A DNA stretch of 64,000 bases from an uncultured Acidobacteriota bacterium (lineage in GTDB: Bacteria > Acidobacteriota > Thermoanaerobaculia > Multivoradales > JAHEKO01), in NCBI GenBank assembly GCA_963713825.1, contig CAVQNG010000001.1:1-64000 (forward strand). The letters run 5' to 3'. Position 1 is the first letter of the stretch; each line of letters starts with the position of its first letter. The position numbers and the translations under genes were made by a program. Below are positions 20,476 through 30,965 of the stretch, one piece after another. The notes under the pieces were generated by a model. That model made no database searches. It had not been told where the DNA came from and saw only the letters and a program-made list of their open reading frames with translations.

Positions 20476-22217
20476 CGGTGTTGCTCCTCTCCGCACGGCT
20501 CGTAGAGCGCGTGAGACCATTGCCCGAGCGCCTCCAGCAATACCTCACCAGCAGCACCAGAGGGTGGTCGCGTTCCGATAGCCGTGGCCAGGGTGATGGC
20601 CACATCTACCGTGTGAACGCGGCGCGAGACGGTCTGCGGCTCGATCCCGTTCCCTGCGAAGAGGATCGGCACATAGGTGTCGTATCGCCAGGGCGAGCCG
20701 TGCACGACCGCCACCGACAGCCCGTCCAGGTCGTTGATGAACCAGCCGGGGTTGAATACCACATAGATATTTCCCGACCGCGCGGCGTTGTAGTTGTTCA
20801 GGACCGCTCGCGTCAGCTGGTTGTCGGGGACCGTGCCGCGCTCGAGCGAGGTGCTCGGAACCGCGTAGGAGACGGCGGCAAAGGCGACCAGCTCTTCGGC
20901 GATGGCGCTCTCCAACGCCGCGAGGTCGATGTCGGGGTCGTTGATGATCTCGCTGGTCAGGTAGAGATAGGGGTGGTCGTAGCCCTCGATCATCGGACCT
21001 TCGATGCCGAACTTGATCTTGATGCGCGCGACCACCGGGTCCTTGTCCCATTCGTCGGGCGAGACATAGTCGGCCGGAATACCGAGTGTCTTCAGATATC
21101 CCGGCGCTTCGGGGCCGCCATGATCGGCAGAGAGCACGATCAGCGTGTTCTCGAGCCCGATCTCCTGATCCACAAAGGCGAAGAGATCCGCGAGCGTCCG
21201 GTCGAGTCGCAGGATGTTGTCCTCGGACTCGAGGCTCGAGGGGCCGAAGAAGTGGCCGATATAGTCGGTCGCGGAGTAGCTGACGCCGAGGTAGTCGGTG
21301 ATCTCATCCTCTCCCAGCTCTTCCTCGGCGATGACGGTCTTCGCGAAGTCCGTGGTCATTTCGTCGCCCGCGGGGCTGATTGTCAAGAAGGTCGAGAAGT
21401 AGGGATTCTCGGGGGTCGTGAACTCGTGGGGGAAGGTGCGGCCGTAACTGCCGAGGGAAGCCTCCCACTCCTGATCGTCGCGATCGCCGAAGAGGTAGGT
21501 GTCGATCGGGTGCAGCAACTTCCAGGCGGTATCGGCGTAGCTGTCGGGCAGCTTCTTGGCGTTCCAGTCGACGACCCACTGGGGGTACTCATCGTAGTAA
21601 TAGCTGCTGGTCACGAACTGGCGGGTCGCCTTGGAGAACCAGAAGGCCTTGCCGGCATGGCCCGCCATCGACACCGCTCCCCGATCCTTGACCGAGACGC
21701 CGAAGACCTTGGCTTTGCCGGCAGTGAGCGAGGCCAGCTCGTCGGAGAACGTCGTTGTCAGTATCGCCCTCGGCGAGCGACCGTCGCTGGTGGCAGCTCT
21801 TTGAGTGGGGTCGATCTCCGTATCGGCATCCACATCGGCGCCCTCGGTCAGCAGGCGAGTGTCAGGATCCTCGATGTTGTAGGTCGTGACCCCGGTCGTA
21901 CGGTCGAACCAGATGTTGCCGATCATGCCGTGGGCCGCGGGGTGTGCGCCGGTCGCCAGGGTCACATGGCCGACGATGGTCTCCGTGTTGGCATGGGCGT
22001 GGTGAGCATTGTTGTAGTGAATGCCCTCCTCGAGCAGGTACCGCAGCCCACCTTCACCGAGCCGGTCCGCGTAGCGCGTCGGCAGGTCGCCCCGGAGCTG
22101 GTCGACGGTGATCTGGAGGACGAGCCTGGGTTTTTCCAGCGTTGGTGATGGCCCCGCCACGGCCGTGGATGCCAGGGCCAGCATGAATATCAATCCCGAA
22201 GTTAGGTGTTTCGCCAT
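20472..22217 (-). CDS. Alkaline phosphatase, PafA/nucleotide pyrophosphatase family
   Basis: ITVDQLRGD, TETIVGHVTLATG, SVKDRGA, TDYIGHFFGP, LSADHG, HGSPWRYDTYVP. Confidence 0.9.
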   Translation of the reverse strand: MAKHLTSGLIFMLALASTAVAGPSPTLEKPRLVLQITVDQLRGDLPTRYADRLGEGGLRYLLEEGIHYNNAHHAHANTETIVGHVTLATGAHPAAHGMIGNIWFDRTTGVTTYNIEDPDTRLLTEGADVDADTEIDPTQRAATSDGRSPRAILTTTFSDELASLTAGKAKVFGVSVKDRGAVSMAGHAGKAFWFSKATRQFVTSSYYYDEYPQWVVDWNAKKLPDSYADTAWKLLHPIDTYLFGDRDDQEWEASLGSYGRTFPHEFTTPENPYFSTFLTISPAGDEMTTDFAKTVIAEEELGEDEITDYLGVSYSATDYIGHFFGPSSLESEDNILRLDRTLADLFAFVDQEIGLENTLIVLSADHGGPEAPGYLKTLGIPADYVSPDEWDKDPVVARIKIKFGIEGPMIEGYDHPYLYLTSEIINDPDIDLAALESAIAEELVAFAAVSYAVPSTSLERGTVPDNQLTRAVLNNYNAARSGNIYVVFNPGWFINDLDGLSVAVVHGSPWRYDTYVPILFAGNGIEPQTVSRRVHTVDVAITLATAIGTRPPSGAAGEVLLEALGQWSHALYEPCGEEQHR

Positions 22218-22238
22218 GAGTCCCTCCTTGAGATCGTC

Positions 22239-23318
22239 TCAATCGTCGAGCAAATGTTCGGATACCCAATCGCGGACTTTGGCAATAGCAGCTTGCGACT
22301 CAGCACTCTCCGGGAGCATCGGCACAAACACGTGGGGCATGCCCTCGTATATATCGAGCTTCACCGTCTGACCCGACTGATCAAGCCCCTGATAGAGACG
22401 GATGAAGTTGCTGAGGAAGATCTCTTTCGTACCCCCTTGGATCAAGGTTGGCGGGAAGCCCTGCTTGAAGTCGCCGTACACAGGGGAAACATAGGGGTTC
22501 TTGTGATCCTCTGCATCAGCGTACGCAAGTGCCGCAGGCCCAAGAACGTGTTCATAGGTGAAGTATGGCTCGGCATCGCGGAGCGTCGCGTAAGTGTCAC
22601 CGGTCTCGGAAATATCCGCCCAGGGAGACCACAGTACAAGCGCCGCGGGCATCTCCATACCGAGGTCGCGCATTTTGAGCGTGACACCCGCCGCGAGGCC
22701 ACCGCCTGCGGAGTCACCATAAAGGACAATGTCGTCGGCCGTGAAGCCCTGCTCGGCCAGTGCCTTGAAGACGTCGACGATCGCGTCGGTTGTCTCCTGC
22801 CACTTGGAATGCGGCGCCAGCGTGTAGTCCACCGCGATGACGCGCAGACCGGTTTCTGCGGCGAAGAACATCGCCGCCTCGATCACGGCCTTGGCCGAGT
22901 TCAGCACGTATGCGCCACCGTGAGTGTAGACTGCGATCTTGTCCGTGCTGGCAAGTTCCAAAGGCGTCACCTCGACGACGGGAATGCCGCCGATTTCGCT
23001 CTCCTCGTAGGTCACGCCAAACGCTGCGGCCTTTTCGTCTGCCTTTGCTTCCTTCACCTCGTCGTTGGCGGCCTGCACGGCTTTCCAACCCTCGAGGTCA
23101 TCCGGGGCAGGCATCGGCATTTCGCGGTTTTGACCCTTTTCGGAGAAGAACGCGCCCCATTCAGGCGAGATCGTCTCCGGGACGTTCGCCCACAAGGGCG
23201 TTGTGTCCTGCGCAGCCGGCGGGGAGGAGGCCTTCCCCGAGGGATCGCCAACTTCCTGCGCATCGTCGGCACACGCTGCCAGGATTCCGGCACATAACAG
23301 AAGCGCCAATCGTTTCAT
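22239..23318 (-). CDS. GDXG-family alpha/beta hydrolase (esterase), lipoprotein
   Basis: Lipobox LAAC, HGGAY, GDSAGG, EGMPHVF. Confidence 0.9.
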   Translation of the reverse strand: MKRLALLLCAGILAACADDAQEVGDPSGKASSPPAAQDTTPLWANVPETISPEWGAFFSEKGQNREMPMPAPDDLEGWKAVQAANDEVKEAKADEKAAAFGVTYEESEIGGIPVVEVTPLELASTDKIAVYTHGGAYVLNSAKAVIEAAMFFAAETGLRVIAVDYTLAPHSKWQETTDAIVDVFKALAEQGFTADDIVLYGDSAGGGLAAGVTLKMRDLGMEMPAALVLWSPWADISETGDTYATLRDAEPYFTYEHVLGPAALAYADAEDHKNPYVSPVYGDFKQGFPPTLIQGGTKEIFLSNFIRLYQGLDQSGQTVKLDIYEGMPHVFVPMLPESAESQAAIAKVRDWVSEHLLDD

Positions 23319-23370
23319 TCGTCTCTCCTTTCGCGCAGTTGAGTGTCATCAGAGGTGCCGCAGCCCTCGA

Positions 23371-24924
23371 CTATTCCACCAGCTCAATCTCACCTGGCTG
23401 CCAGCTCCTGTCGAAGAACGCCTCCGTCGGGCTGTAGAAACGCAGCAGAGAGAACCAGCCCTTGCCCGGGACGGTCTGAATCCAGTTGTTCTCTTGTCCG
23501 GCCGGCGCGCTGGGGCCGAAATAGATGTCGACGGACCCGTCCGCGTTCCAGTTCAGGTTGTCGCGGACGTCGTTCTTGCTCGGAAACGGCTGACCGGTCT
23601 GCAGCATGGAACGGGTCTGCGGGTCGTAGACCACGATCGAAAAGAACGCCTCGACCGGAAAGTCCTTGGGCAGGTGGAGCTTGTAGCTCTTCCCACCATC
23701 GAGGTAGTCGCCGTTCTCATCGAGATAGCCCCATAGATACTGCGAGCCAGCACCCACCAGCTCCAGCACCATCGCTGGCGTGTTGACGGTCGCGAAGTAG
23801 TAGAAGTGGGTCCGGGCGTCCAGGTTGCGGCCACCCATACCGTCATCTTTGAGGTACTCCCACGATCCGCCCAGGAAGCCCTCTTTCCAGTAGCTGCCCT
23901 CGTAGACGAAATTCGTCTCGTCGCGTTCGTACCAGAAGATGGCTCGCGAGGTGGCGTTCCCTACCGCAACCGCATCCTCGAGGATCTTCCTCATTCGCTC
24001 GTCGGGTGCGAACGGCATGCCCTTCTGAACACCGACTGAAGCGAAGAGCCCCCGCAGCTCCGGATCGAGCATTTCCATCGGCTCCCGGTCGATGACCGTG
24101 TGCAGCTCTTCGAAGAACTTGTAGTCGTTGGCGTGGATGGTATTGAACGCTTTCTCGGAGCCCGAGATGAATTCCATGGCGGGCGGATTCTCCGCGGTGG
24201 CCAGCGGATAGATCTTCAGACTTTCCCGCCACATCTTGCTTGCGGCATCGGGTTTCCCGTCGACGAGAAACCCGCGCAGAATGAGCCAGTTCACAAAGCT
24301 CGTCGACCTGGCCGTGAAGTAGCCGTCAGGGACCTCACCCTCGTAGCCGGGGGGCAGAATCAGGTACTTGCCTCCCTTGCCGCGGTCGGGACCGGGCGCC
24401 CCCATGTCGATGACGAAACGGAAGTAAGCGTCGTTGACCGTGCCGGGACCGGCGCCGGGAGGGATCTCCACAACCGTTGGGCCGTCCTTCTCGAGGTCGA
24501 GAAACGCTGACGCATAGACGGTGTCGGTGTTGCCGGTGAGAAACAGCGGATTGCTGTCCATGAGCCGGTCGAACACGATGACTTGATTCGAGCTATTCGC
24601 CCCCAGGGAGATCGACCCCAACCGGAGTCCTTCCACCGACGTCGCCGGTATCCCGTTGAGGAAGGTCTCCACGCCACGCAGGAAATCGAGGTTGTCGTAG
24701 ACCAGAGCGGCGGTCTCCTTCGTCGGAATCCCGTCGAAGAACTCGAGGCGGCCGAGTCTCGTTTCCACCTGGTCCGGAGTCATGATCGACTCCGGAATCT
24801 TGTTATTGAACCCCGGTGTCACCTCCTGGGCGAACCCGGGTGTTGCCGCAAGCATGGCGCCAGCGACTACGATCAGCGCGGCCACGGCGTACGCGGTCGG
24901 CCAATGAAACCTCTGTTTCTTCAT
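23371..24924 (-). CDS. Exported DUF1254/DUF1214 protein (paralogue 1)
   Basis: LFLTGNTDTVY, GPDRGKGGKYL, FFSIVVYD, DGSVDIYFGP, NWIQTVPG, LRFYSP. Confidence 0.9.
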   Translation of the reverse strand: MKKQRFHWPTAYAVAALIVVAGAMLAATPGFAQEVTPGFNNKIPESIMTPDQVETRLGRLEFFDGIPTKETAALVYDNLDFLRGVETFLNGIPATSVEGLRLGSISLGANSSNQVIVFDRLMDSNPLFLTGNTDTVYASAFLDLEKDGPTVVEIPPGAGPGTVNDAYFRFVIDMGAPGPDRGKGGKYLILPPGYEGEVPDGYFTARSTSFVNWLILRGFLVDGKPDAASKMWRESLKIYPLATAENPPAMEFISGSEKAFNTIHANDYKFFEELHTVIDREPMEMLDPELRGLFASVGVQKGMPFAPDERMRKILEDAVAVGNATSRAIFWYERDETNFVYEGSYWKEGFLGGSWEYLKDDGMGGRNLDARTHFYYFATVNTPAMVLELVGAGSQYLWGYLDENGDYLDGGKSYKLHLPKDFPVEAFFSIVVYDPQTRSMLQTGQPFPSKNDVRDNLNWNADGSVDIYFGPSAPAGQENNWIQTVPGKGWFSLLRFYSPTEAFFDRSWQPGEIELVE

Positions 24925-24947
24925 CTTGGTCTCCTCTTCAGTTCAGA

Positions 24948-25205
24948 TCAGTCGTCTACCTTCGTCACTTCCAGAATCGGTAGATGCAGCGCGTACAGGG
25001 TCTCGAGCAGCCCGTGCAGCGCGGCCTGGTCGGGAAGCCGCCCCTCTAGGATCGTCCGAGGCTCATCTGACCCAGGGCTCGACGTGGTGACCTCCATTCC
25101 GCCGAGCCGACGGCGCCAATCCTTGCTCACCACGCCCTGGATCACGATGCGGTATTTGGCGGGACCGCCAAAGTCGAAGGCCGCCATGTCATTCGAACTA
25201 CTCAC
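24948..25205 (-). CDS. Small ACT-like hypothetical protein (copy 1)
   Basis: FGGPAKYRIVIQG...W..RLGG...LEGRLPDQAALHGLLETLYALHLPILEV; two homologues in the window. Confidence 0.8.
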   Translation of the reverse strand: MSSSNDMAAFDFGGPAKYRIVIQGVVSKDWRRRLGGMEVTTSSPGSDEPRTILEGRLPDQAALHGLLETLYALHLPILEVTKVDD

Positions 25206-25247
25206 TGGACCTCCCCTCCCGGTTCTTCACTGTCGGGGCATCCGTCC

Positions 25248-26450
25248 CTACTCATAGGAATCCAGCGGGACCTTCGACCACTGGTACCCGGCTTTGCCCA
25301 TCTCGAAGCCCCGGTCGAAGAGCTTGCGCATCCACACCGGATCGAACTGCTCCGTGGGCACCTCGTCGAAATCTTCCGGGATGAAGGCCAGGTTGAAGTT
25401 CAGGCCGTCGCGCGCTGCGAGCGTGTAGATCCTGAAGAGATCGCCGATCCCCTGAGTCCGGATCAGCGAGCCGATCGTGCGACCGGCGATCGGAAAGACC
25501 CTTCGATTTACCGTGGCTCCCGCGACGTCGAGTCGGGCGTTGCGGATGACGTACACGTTGGGCGCCGTAGGCACCTCCAGCTTCTTCAGGACCCGGCTCC
25601 AGTCGAGATTGGGAGGGTACAACACGACCTGCGAGGTGGCGCCACCGTCGACGTGCAGCTCATCGAAGCGCTGGCCGTTGGCCTCGACCTCGATGGCGAC
25701 CGGTGGAAAGGCCGCCGGGATCGACGCCGAGGCGAGGATGATCTGACGGATCAGGTCCAGTGCCCAAGGCTGTCCGCTCATCGCGATCGTGTGGATCCTC
25801 CACAGCACCGGTCGCTGGGCGTCGAGGTTGGTCGTGGCAATGATCAGACTGCGGCCCCTGCGACCTTCGGCGGCGATGGCCTCGAGCACGTCCTCGTCGA
25901 TGTAGCGAGCCAGCAGCGCCGCCATTCTCTCCGTGCCCATCACCGCGTCGTTGGTGACCACGCTCAGCTTGCTGCGCTTCTTCAGCAGGTCCTTGGTCGA
26001 GTAGAGGGTGTACATCTCCTCGAGGACATGGTCGTAGTCGGAGCCGAGATAGGCCCAGGGCGCCGTGAGGGCCCCCGTGCTGATCCCGGTCACCATCTGG
26101 AACTCCGGCCGGTCTCCCTTGGCGCTCCAGCCGGCCAGGAGGCCGGCGCCGAAGGCACCTCTCGCACCGCCTCCGGAGATCGCGAGGTAGTTGTGCGGCG
26201 TGCCGAAGGCCGCCGAGAACCTCGACTCCAGCTCCTCCTTGCTCTGCGCCAGCCACGCGTTCTCGAACGGCGGCGCCTCGTCGGCAAAGTACCGCGCGTA
26301 CTCGATGTCCGGAATGGAGGCGGTCTCGTAGAGCTCGACCGGTAGCGGATTGCGCTTGGGTGCCGAGGCGCAGCCGCTCAGCGCGGCCGCCACGACTGCC
26401 ACCAGCAGCAAAGTCATGATCCTCTTCCGCCGCGGCTCGTCAGGTCGCAT
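25248..26450 (-). CDS. Patatin-like phospholipase, lipoprotein
   Basis: Lipobox LSGC, SGGGARG, GISTG, HVDGG. Confidence 0.92.
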   Translation of the reverse strand: MRPDEPRRKRIMTLLLVAVVAAALSGCASAPKRNPLPVELYETASIPDIEYARYFADEAPPFENAWLAQSKEELESRFSAAFGTPHNYLAISGGGARGAFGAGLLAGWSAKGDRPEFQMVTGISTGALTAPWAYLGSDYDHVLEEMYTLYSTKDLLKKRSKLSVVTNDAVMGTERMAALLARYIDEDVLEAIAAEGRRGRSLIIATTNLDAQRPVLWRIHTIAMSGQPWALDLIRQIILASASIPAAFPPVAIEVEANGQRFDELHVDGGATSQVVLYPPNLDWSRVLKKLEVPTAPNVYVIRNARLDVAGATVNRRVFPIAGRTIGSLIRTQGIGDLFRIYTLAARDGLNFNLAFIPEDFDEVPTEQFDPVWMRKLFDRGFEMGKAGYQWSKVPLDSYE

Positions 26451-26514
26451 GATTCCTCCTCCTCTTGCGATTCCGCCCGTCGTGTTCGACGACGGGTGGC
26501 TGGCTCATGCCCAC

Positions 26515-26584
26515 AGTGTGACTCGGGGCGTCACGCCGCGCATCCCACGAAACGTGGCAGAAATAGGGTAGGAACGAGGGGGAT
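26515..26584 (-). promoter_or_regulatory. Conserved activator-type promoter motif, copy 1
   Basis: Minus strand ATCCCCCTCGTTCCTACCCTATTTCTGCCACGTTTCGT-GGGAT-21 nt-CACACT, upstream of the patatin gene. Confidence 0.65.
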
Positions 26585-26610
26585 CAGGCTCTGGCCTGAC
26601 CTCGGGCGGG

Positions 26611-29382
26611 TCAGTCCGGAGGGTTGCGGTCGAGGACTCCAGCCGCCACGGCGCGCTCGACCGCCTCTCTTCGGCTGTGAGCCCCGAGCTTGGAGTAGAC
26701 CTGTTTGAGGTGACTGCTCACGGTCTGGGACGAGATCTTCAGGCGGGCCGCGATCTCCTTGTTCTGAAGGCGCAGGGCGAGCAGCTCCAGGACGTCCAGC
26801 TCGCGGTGGGTCAGGGCTTCAAGGGTCCCTCCAGCGACCGTGCGCCGCCCCTGGCGCTTCCCCGTCTGGGCGGGTTCGGCCTCGGCCGCGCGCACTGATC
26901 TGCCAGTGGGAGCACCAAAAGCGGTCACGAGGCGCTCGACCCGGGTAGCGAATTCACGCTCCTCGGGGAGCTGGTCGAGAAGGTCTACCATGGGAGTCCC
27001 CAGCTCGACGAAAGGAAGGACGATGTCGCCCTTCTGGGCCATTGTCACGGCCCGCCCGAGATTCTCGAGAGCTTCTTCCGTCTTATCCTGCCTTTCGTAT
27101 GCCGTGGCCAGAAGGGTCAGTACTCTGATCAGTTGGCAGATGTTGTGTTGGACCTCGACCACCTCGGCACACTCCAGCAGCAGCTCTTCCGCACTCGCGA
27201 GGGCGCCTGCCGACCCGACCGCCATCATTGCGCGGCATCGAGTGATCGACGGTATATCCAACCACCAGAGCAGTGCCCCTTCAGGCGGCGGCGCGGTCGC
27301 TCCGAGCCAGCGTATTGCGGCTTCCGATTGTCCCTGCAGGATGGCGAAACGCGCCTCCGCGGACACCGCCAGGCTGTCCATGGCGGGATCCCCGAGGGGA
27401 GCGACATATTCGCTGAGAGTCTCGAGCGCCGCCCGGGCCTCCTCCTCCCGCCCCAGCGCCTGATAGGCAAGCATCAGACCGGTCATCGAGTCGACCGCAG
27501 CCCGCGCGTGATGGATGAACCGGTTCGCGACGGATCGCCCCAGATGCTCGACCGCCGCTCTCCACTCACAGCGCTGCAGGTGAATCACCCCCTGCATATA
27601 GCCGGTCCATATCCGCACGTACGCCGCGGAGCCACGCTCGACGAGCGTCCACATTCTTCGGTTCGCCAACCCGGCGCCGAGCAGGTCACCGGCCACCACG
27701 TGAATGAACACGCGGGCGATCAGCAGCCGGGCCTCTCGCATCGCTTCGACCGACTCAGAATGCGCAAGCAGGTCGTCCAGGAAGCGGAGGCCCTCCTCCT
27801 TCCGGCCCACCATCTGCTTCGCCTGCGCGAAGACGAGTTCGGCATTGCTCCGGAAGTCCGCGTGCGACACGGGAATCTGCTCGAGACCGACGTCCAGGTG
27901 TTGCAGGCTTTCGGCTCCGTTCCCCATGAGCCAGAAGACGTACCCGCGACACACCGCGAGTTCGCCGCGTACCTGCTCGTCGCCGGATTTATCGCCGACC
28001 AGCGATTCGACTTCAGCCAGAAGCGGCGGCACGGCTTCGACTTGGTAGTAGTAGTTCAAGGCAATCCAGGCACGAGCCGTCAGAAGCTCTGCGTGCTGCT
28101 GCACGGTCCCTGTCGAGACGAGCTCAAGCCACCTATCGAGGACGTACCACTGGCTGTCATTGAGGGCTTCGTGTCGGTGCTGAATGACCAACCATACGGC
28201 CCGCCTCATGTCTTCGGCCGCCAGAGCGTGCTTGATCGCTTCGTCTATCAGGCCTTCCTCCTCGAAACACTGGCTGGCCCGCCGGTGGAGGGCCGCGACG
28301 TGATCCGGACCGCGCCGGCGCTCGAGCTCGCTCACGAGCAATTCCTGAAAGAGGTGGTGATACCGGAACCACTCGCGTCGGGCATCGAGAGACACCGTGA
28401 AGAGGTTGCTCCGGCGCAGCTCCTTCAGGAATTCGGCGGCTGTGAGTTCGGTCTGGTCGTCGGTGCTCGGCGGTTCACATACCGCGTCGAGTACCTCCAC
28501 GCAGAAACGATCGAGAATGGATGATGCCAGCATTCGGTCCCGAACCTCGGCGGTCTGCGCAGCCAGCACCTCTCGCAGCAAGTACTCCTGTATGTCCGTC
28601 AGGCGCCCGGGCAGTCTCTTTAGAAACGCATCGGCGTCGCGGACATGCCGCAGCGCCAACGACACGAGCCGCAATCCAACGGGCCACCCCTCCACCTCGC
28701 GCTCCAGGTGTGTCAGCGCCTCATCACTCACGGAGACGTCCGCTGTCGTGCTCAGAAACTCGCTCGTTTCGTGCCCCGTGAACTGGAGGTCCCGCAGGCG
28801 CACCTCGTTGATGTGGTGGGCGGCTCGCAGGCTCGGCAGGTCGAATGGCGGATCCTGGCGAGTGAGAACGACAAGGTGAAACTGGGCCGGGGGGTGATCG
28901 AGCATCCGGAGCATCAGATCGTGCACGGGCGACAGAGGGTCGATCCGGTGATAGTCGTCGAGCACGACGGAGCACGGCGCGTCCATCGCGTCGAGGTCGT
29001 TGAGCAGATAGCCGGCCAGGACCGGAACAGGAGCCAGCGAACCTGCTGCCAGGAGCTCTCGCGTGGCGTCACAAGAGCCGGGCGACACGGTATCCACGGC
29101 GGCAAGGAAGTACAGGAGGAATTCCCTCAGCCCGCTGTCACCGGCATCCAACGACAACCAGGCGATGGGGCTGTCGAGCTGCTCGACCCATTGGGCGACC
29201 AGCACACTCTTGCCGTAGCCGGCCGGGGCCGATACCAAGGTCAGCGGCACCTCGAGGGCCCTGTTCATCGTCGGGATCAGACGCTCCCGGTCGATCAGCT
29301 CTACGGTCAGCTGCGGCCGATACAGCTTGGTCCGCAGGATCGGTTCAAACGCCGGGGTGCTTTTGCCCGGATCGCTCTCCAT
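26611..29382 (-). CDS. MalT-like STAND ATPase / TPR / LuxR-HTH transcriptional regulator
   Basis: RTKLYRP, Walker [31 protein letters not shown]-terminal [22 protein letters not shown]...HLKQVYSKLG. Confidence 0.95.
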   Translation of the reverse strand: MESDPGKSTPAFEPILRTKLYRPQLTVELIDRERLIPTMNRALEVPLTLVSAPAGYGKSVLVAQWVEQLDSPIAWLSLDAGDSGLREFLLYFLAAVDTVSPGSCDATRELLAAGSLAPVPVLAGYLLNDLDAMDAPCSVVLDDYHRIDPLSPVHDLMLRMLDHPPAQFHLVVLTRQDPPFDLPSLRAAHHINEVRLRDLQFTGHETSEFLSTTADVSVSDEALTHLEREVEGWPVGLRLVSLALRHVRDADAFLKRLPGRLTDIQEYLLREVLAAQTAEVRDRMLASSILDRFCVEVLDAVCEPPSTDDQTELTAAEFLKELRRSNLFTVSLDARREWFRYHHLFQELLVSELERRRGPDHVAALHRRASQCFEEEGLIDEAIKHALAAEDMRRAVWLVIQHRHEALNDSQWYVLDRWLELVSTGTVQQHAELLTARAWIALNYYYQVEAVPPLLAEVESLVGDKSGDEQVRGELAVCRGYVFWLMGNGAESLQHLDVGLEQIPVSHADFRSNAELVFAQAKQMVGRKEEGLRFLDDLLAHSESVEAMREARLLIARVFIHVVAGDLLGAGLANRRMWTLVERGSAAYVRIWTGYMQGVIHLQRCEWRAAVEHLGRSVANRFIHHARAAVDSMTGLMLAYQALGREEEARAALETLSEYVAPLGDPAMDSLAVSAEARFAILQGQSEAAIRWLGATAPPPEGALLWWLDIPSITRCRAMMAVGSAGALASAEELLLECAEVVEVQHNICQLIRVLTLLATAYERQDKTEEALENLGRAVTMAQKGDIVLPFVELGTPMVDLLDQLPEEREFATRVERLVTAFGAPTGRSVRAAEAEPAQTGKRQGRRTVAGGTLEALTHRELDVLELLALRLQNKEIAARLKISSQTVSSHLKQVYSKLGAHSRREAVERAVAAGVLDRNPPD

Positions 29383-29763
29383 CTACTTAGAGCTCCCCTT
29401 CCGCTTCGCGATTCGATCTTGGGCCCACTGACTCGATTCCTCGGTGGTGGCGCTGCGCCGCGGCCGCTCGAAAGCCGGAGCTGGCCGACCTGGTGCTGCG
29501 AAGGTCCGATGATACCGTGCCCGAGAGGGCGCAACCGTGGCTCATGCCGAAACCGAGCTCACCCTAAGCAAGCCGGAGGGGGGTCGCTCCAGTGTGGGAG
29601 GGTGTGAAGGGGACGGCGAGCGTTAGCGAAGCTAACCCCTGACGTCATGAATGCCATTCAGTCGGTCATCTTCCCGTCGTAGGAGGATTTCCTGGGGTTC
29701 TCAATTGAGAAAGGGGTCGTCAATCGACAGCGAGATACGGTCGAGTGGACGCAGTGACTATCT

Positions 29764-30522
29764 CTAGGGTCGAAACTGAACGTGAGGTGGGGAAGGGTGG
29801 AGATACAGGCCATAGTCGGATCCGATCTGATCCTGCAGACCCTGCCATGGAACCAGTGTCGGTTTCTTGAGATAGCTCGTCCGGTAGGTGAGCCAGACGT
29901 AGAGGTCGACCGCGAGGGGAGATCTCCGCAGCTGACCGATCGCTCGCAGGTCGACGGGGACCGCGGAACGCGTGATCTCCGCGAAGAAGTGCTGGCCCAG
30001 GAGTACATGTGATCGCCATGTCGGTCGTATTGCGAACAGTCGTCGTAACGGGTTGAGCTCCCAAGCCGCACCCGCAGTCACGCACGCAGTGCCAGCCGAT
30101 CGCGGAGCGAGGTCCAAAGAGGTCTTCCACTCGAGCCGCATTGATAGCAGCCGGCAAAGCTGCTCCTGAAGCCGAGGCGCGGTGCCCCGGGGACCACTGA
30201 TCACCGACAGCCCTAACTTGCGAGCCAGATCGTTGGGTGTGGCGCCGAGCTGGATCTCCGGGCTCTTGGTGCGGACGGCTTGGGTGGTGAAGTAGGCGAG
30301 CAGCAGTCGAGGGTAGGAGCCGTAGGGTAGGCCAACGCGTCGAGGCGCGCTCATCCCCACGGAATGGCGACCGTTGACGCGCTCGAACCGATGGCTGTCA
30401 GGTCTGCTGTGGGGAAGGGTAGTGAGTACGAAGAGCCGCGGCATGAAGCCGAGGGTTCCTGCTGTGAGGACGTCCTCGGACTCCAGAGACAGGAGGTTCT
30501 CCGCTCGAGTCAGGTGGGCCAT
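29764..30522 (-). CDS. RepA-family replication initiator, copy 2 (about 33-aa C-terminal internal deletion)
   Basis: TLPHS, GLPYGSYPRLLL, ITRSAVPVDLRAI, SPLAVDLYVWLTYR; lacks the SRRRDFRRK...QTDTS segment present in copy 3. Confidence 0.82.
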   Translation of the reverse strand: MAHLTRAENLLSLESEDVLTAGTLGFMPRLFVLTTLPHSRPDSHRFERVNGRHSVGMSAPRRVGLPYGSYPRLLLAYFTTQAVRTKSPEIQLGATPNDLARKLGLSVISGPRGTAPRLQEQLCRLLSMRLEWKTSLDLAPRSAGTACVTAGAAWELNPLRRLFAIRPTWRSHVLLGQHFFAEITRSAVPVDLRAIGQLRRSPLAVDLYVWLTYRTSYLKKPTLVPWQGLQDQIGSDYGLYLHPSPPHVQFRP

Positions 30523-30524
30523 AG

Positions 30525-30870
30525 ACGACAGCACCTGACAACACAGAGGTAACAATTTTGGTAACAATGAAGTACAACTGAAAGCCGTAGTCCACAGCAG
30601 ACGGCATTTACGCCTGTCGGCGTAAGTCGCTTGTTTTGTTGCGGTTGTGTGCTGTCATCAGTTGTGGAGTGTGAGTTTTCAAAGGACTTAAAATCCTCCC
30701 TCCGCAAGGAGTTGCGGGTTCGAATCCCGCCTCCGGCACCACCTTAACCTCAACAGAAGACAAGACTTACGACTTTTCAGGTGCTTCCCTTCGGACCGCT
30801 TTCCAGGTCGGAGGTAACAATTTTGGTAACACTGAACCCCATAAGACGACCGCAGTCGACAGCAGTGTGC
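30525..30870 (+). mobile_element. att junction 2 (attP-like)
   Basis: 19-mer at 30548-30566 and 30813-30831 flanks the tRNA-Leu half. Confidence 0.82.
30684..30741 (+). pseudogene. 3' half of tRNA-Leu(TAA) (att core)
   Basis: GGACTTAAAATCC...CTCCGCAAGGAG..GCGGGTTCGAATCCCGCCTCCGGCACCA. Confidence 0.9.
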
Positions 30871-30936
30871 GACGAGTTTCCGCCTCATTTGCTCGACGAC
30901 TCCTCGGAAATGGACTTGGAAAGGGGCTTGGACAGG

Positions 30937-30965
30937 AAAAAGAGCCGGGCGCGAAGGCCCGGCTC
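30937..30965 (-). terminator. Rho-independent terminator of the sulfatase/lipoprotein operon
   Basis: Minus strand GAGCCGGGC-CTTCGC-GCCCGGCTC-TTTTT. Confidence 0.75.

Larger units (their letters stand above)
6385..30683. mobile_element. Integrated cargo element A (24,299 bp between tRNA-Leu half repeats), no site-specific integrase seen
   Basis: Bounded by junctions 1 and 2; AbiE TA at one end and repA at the other. Confidence 0.72.

Noticed and set aside
20478-22148. Long antisense ORFs (for example 20478-22148+, 14334-15653+, 27133-28524+, 46830-48047-, 54672-55685-)
   Set aside because: They are shadows of well-supported genes on the opposite strand in GC-rich DNA, with no motifs of their own.
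26611-29382. STAND ATPases as Avs-type antiphage NLRs
   Set aside because: The architecture is MalT-type with a C-terminal LuxR HTH and no nuclease, TIR or other effector domain; the adjacent patatin is an exported lipoprotein rather than a CBASS effector.
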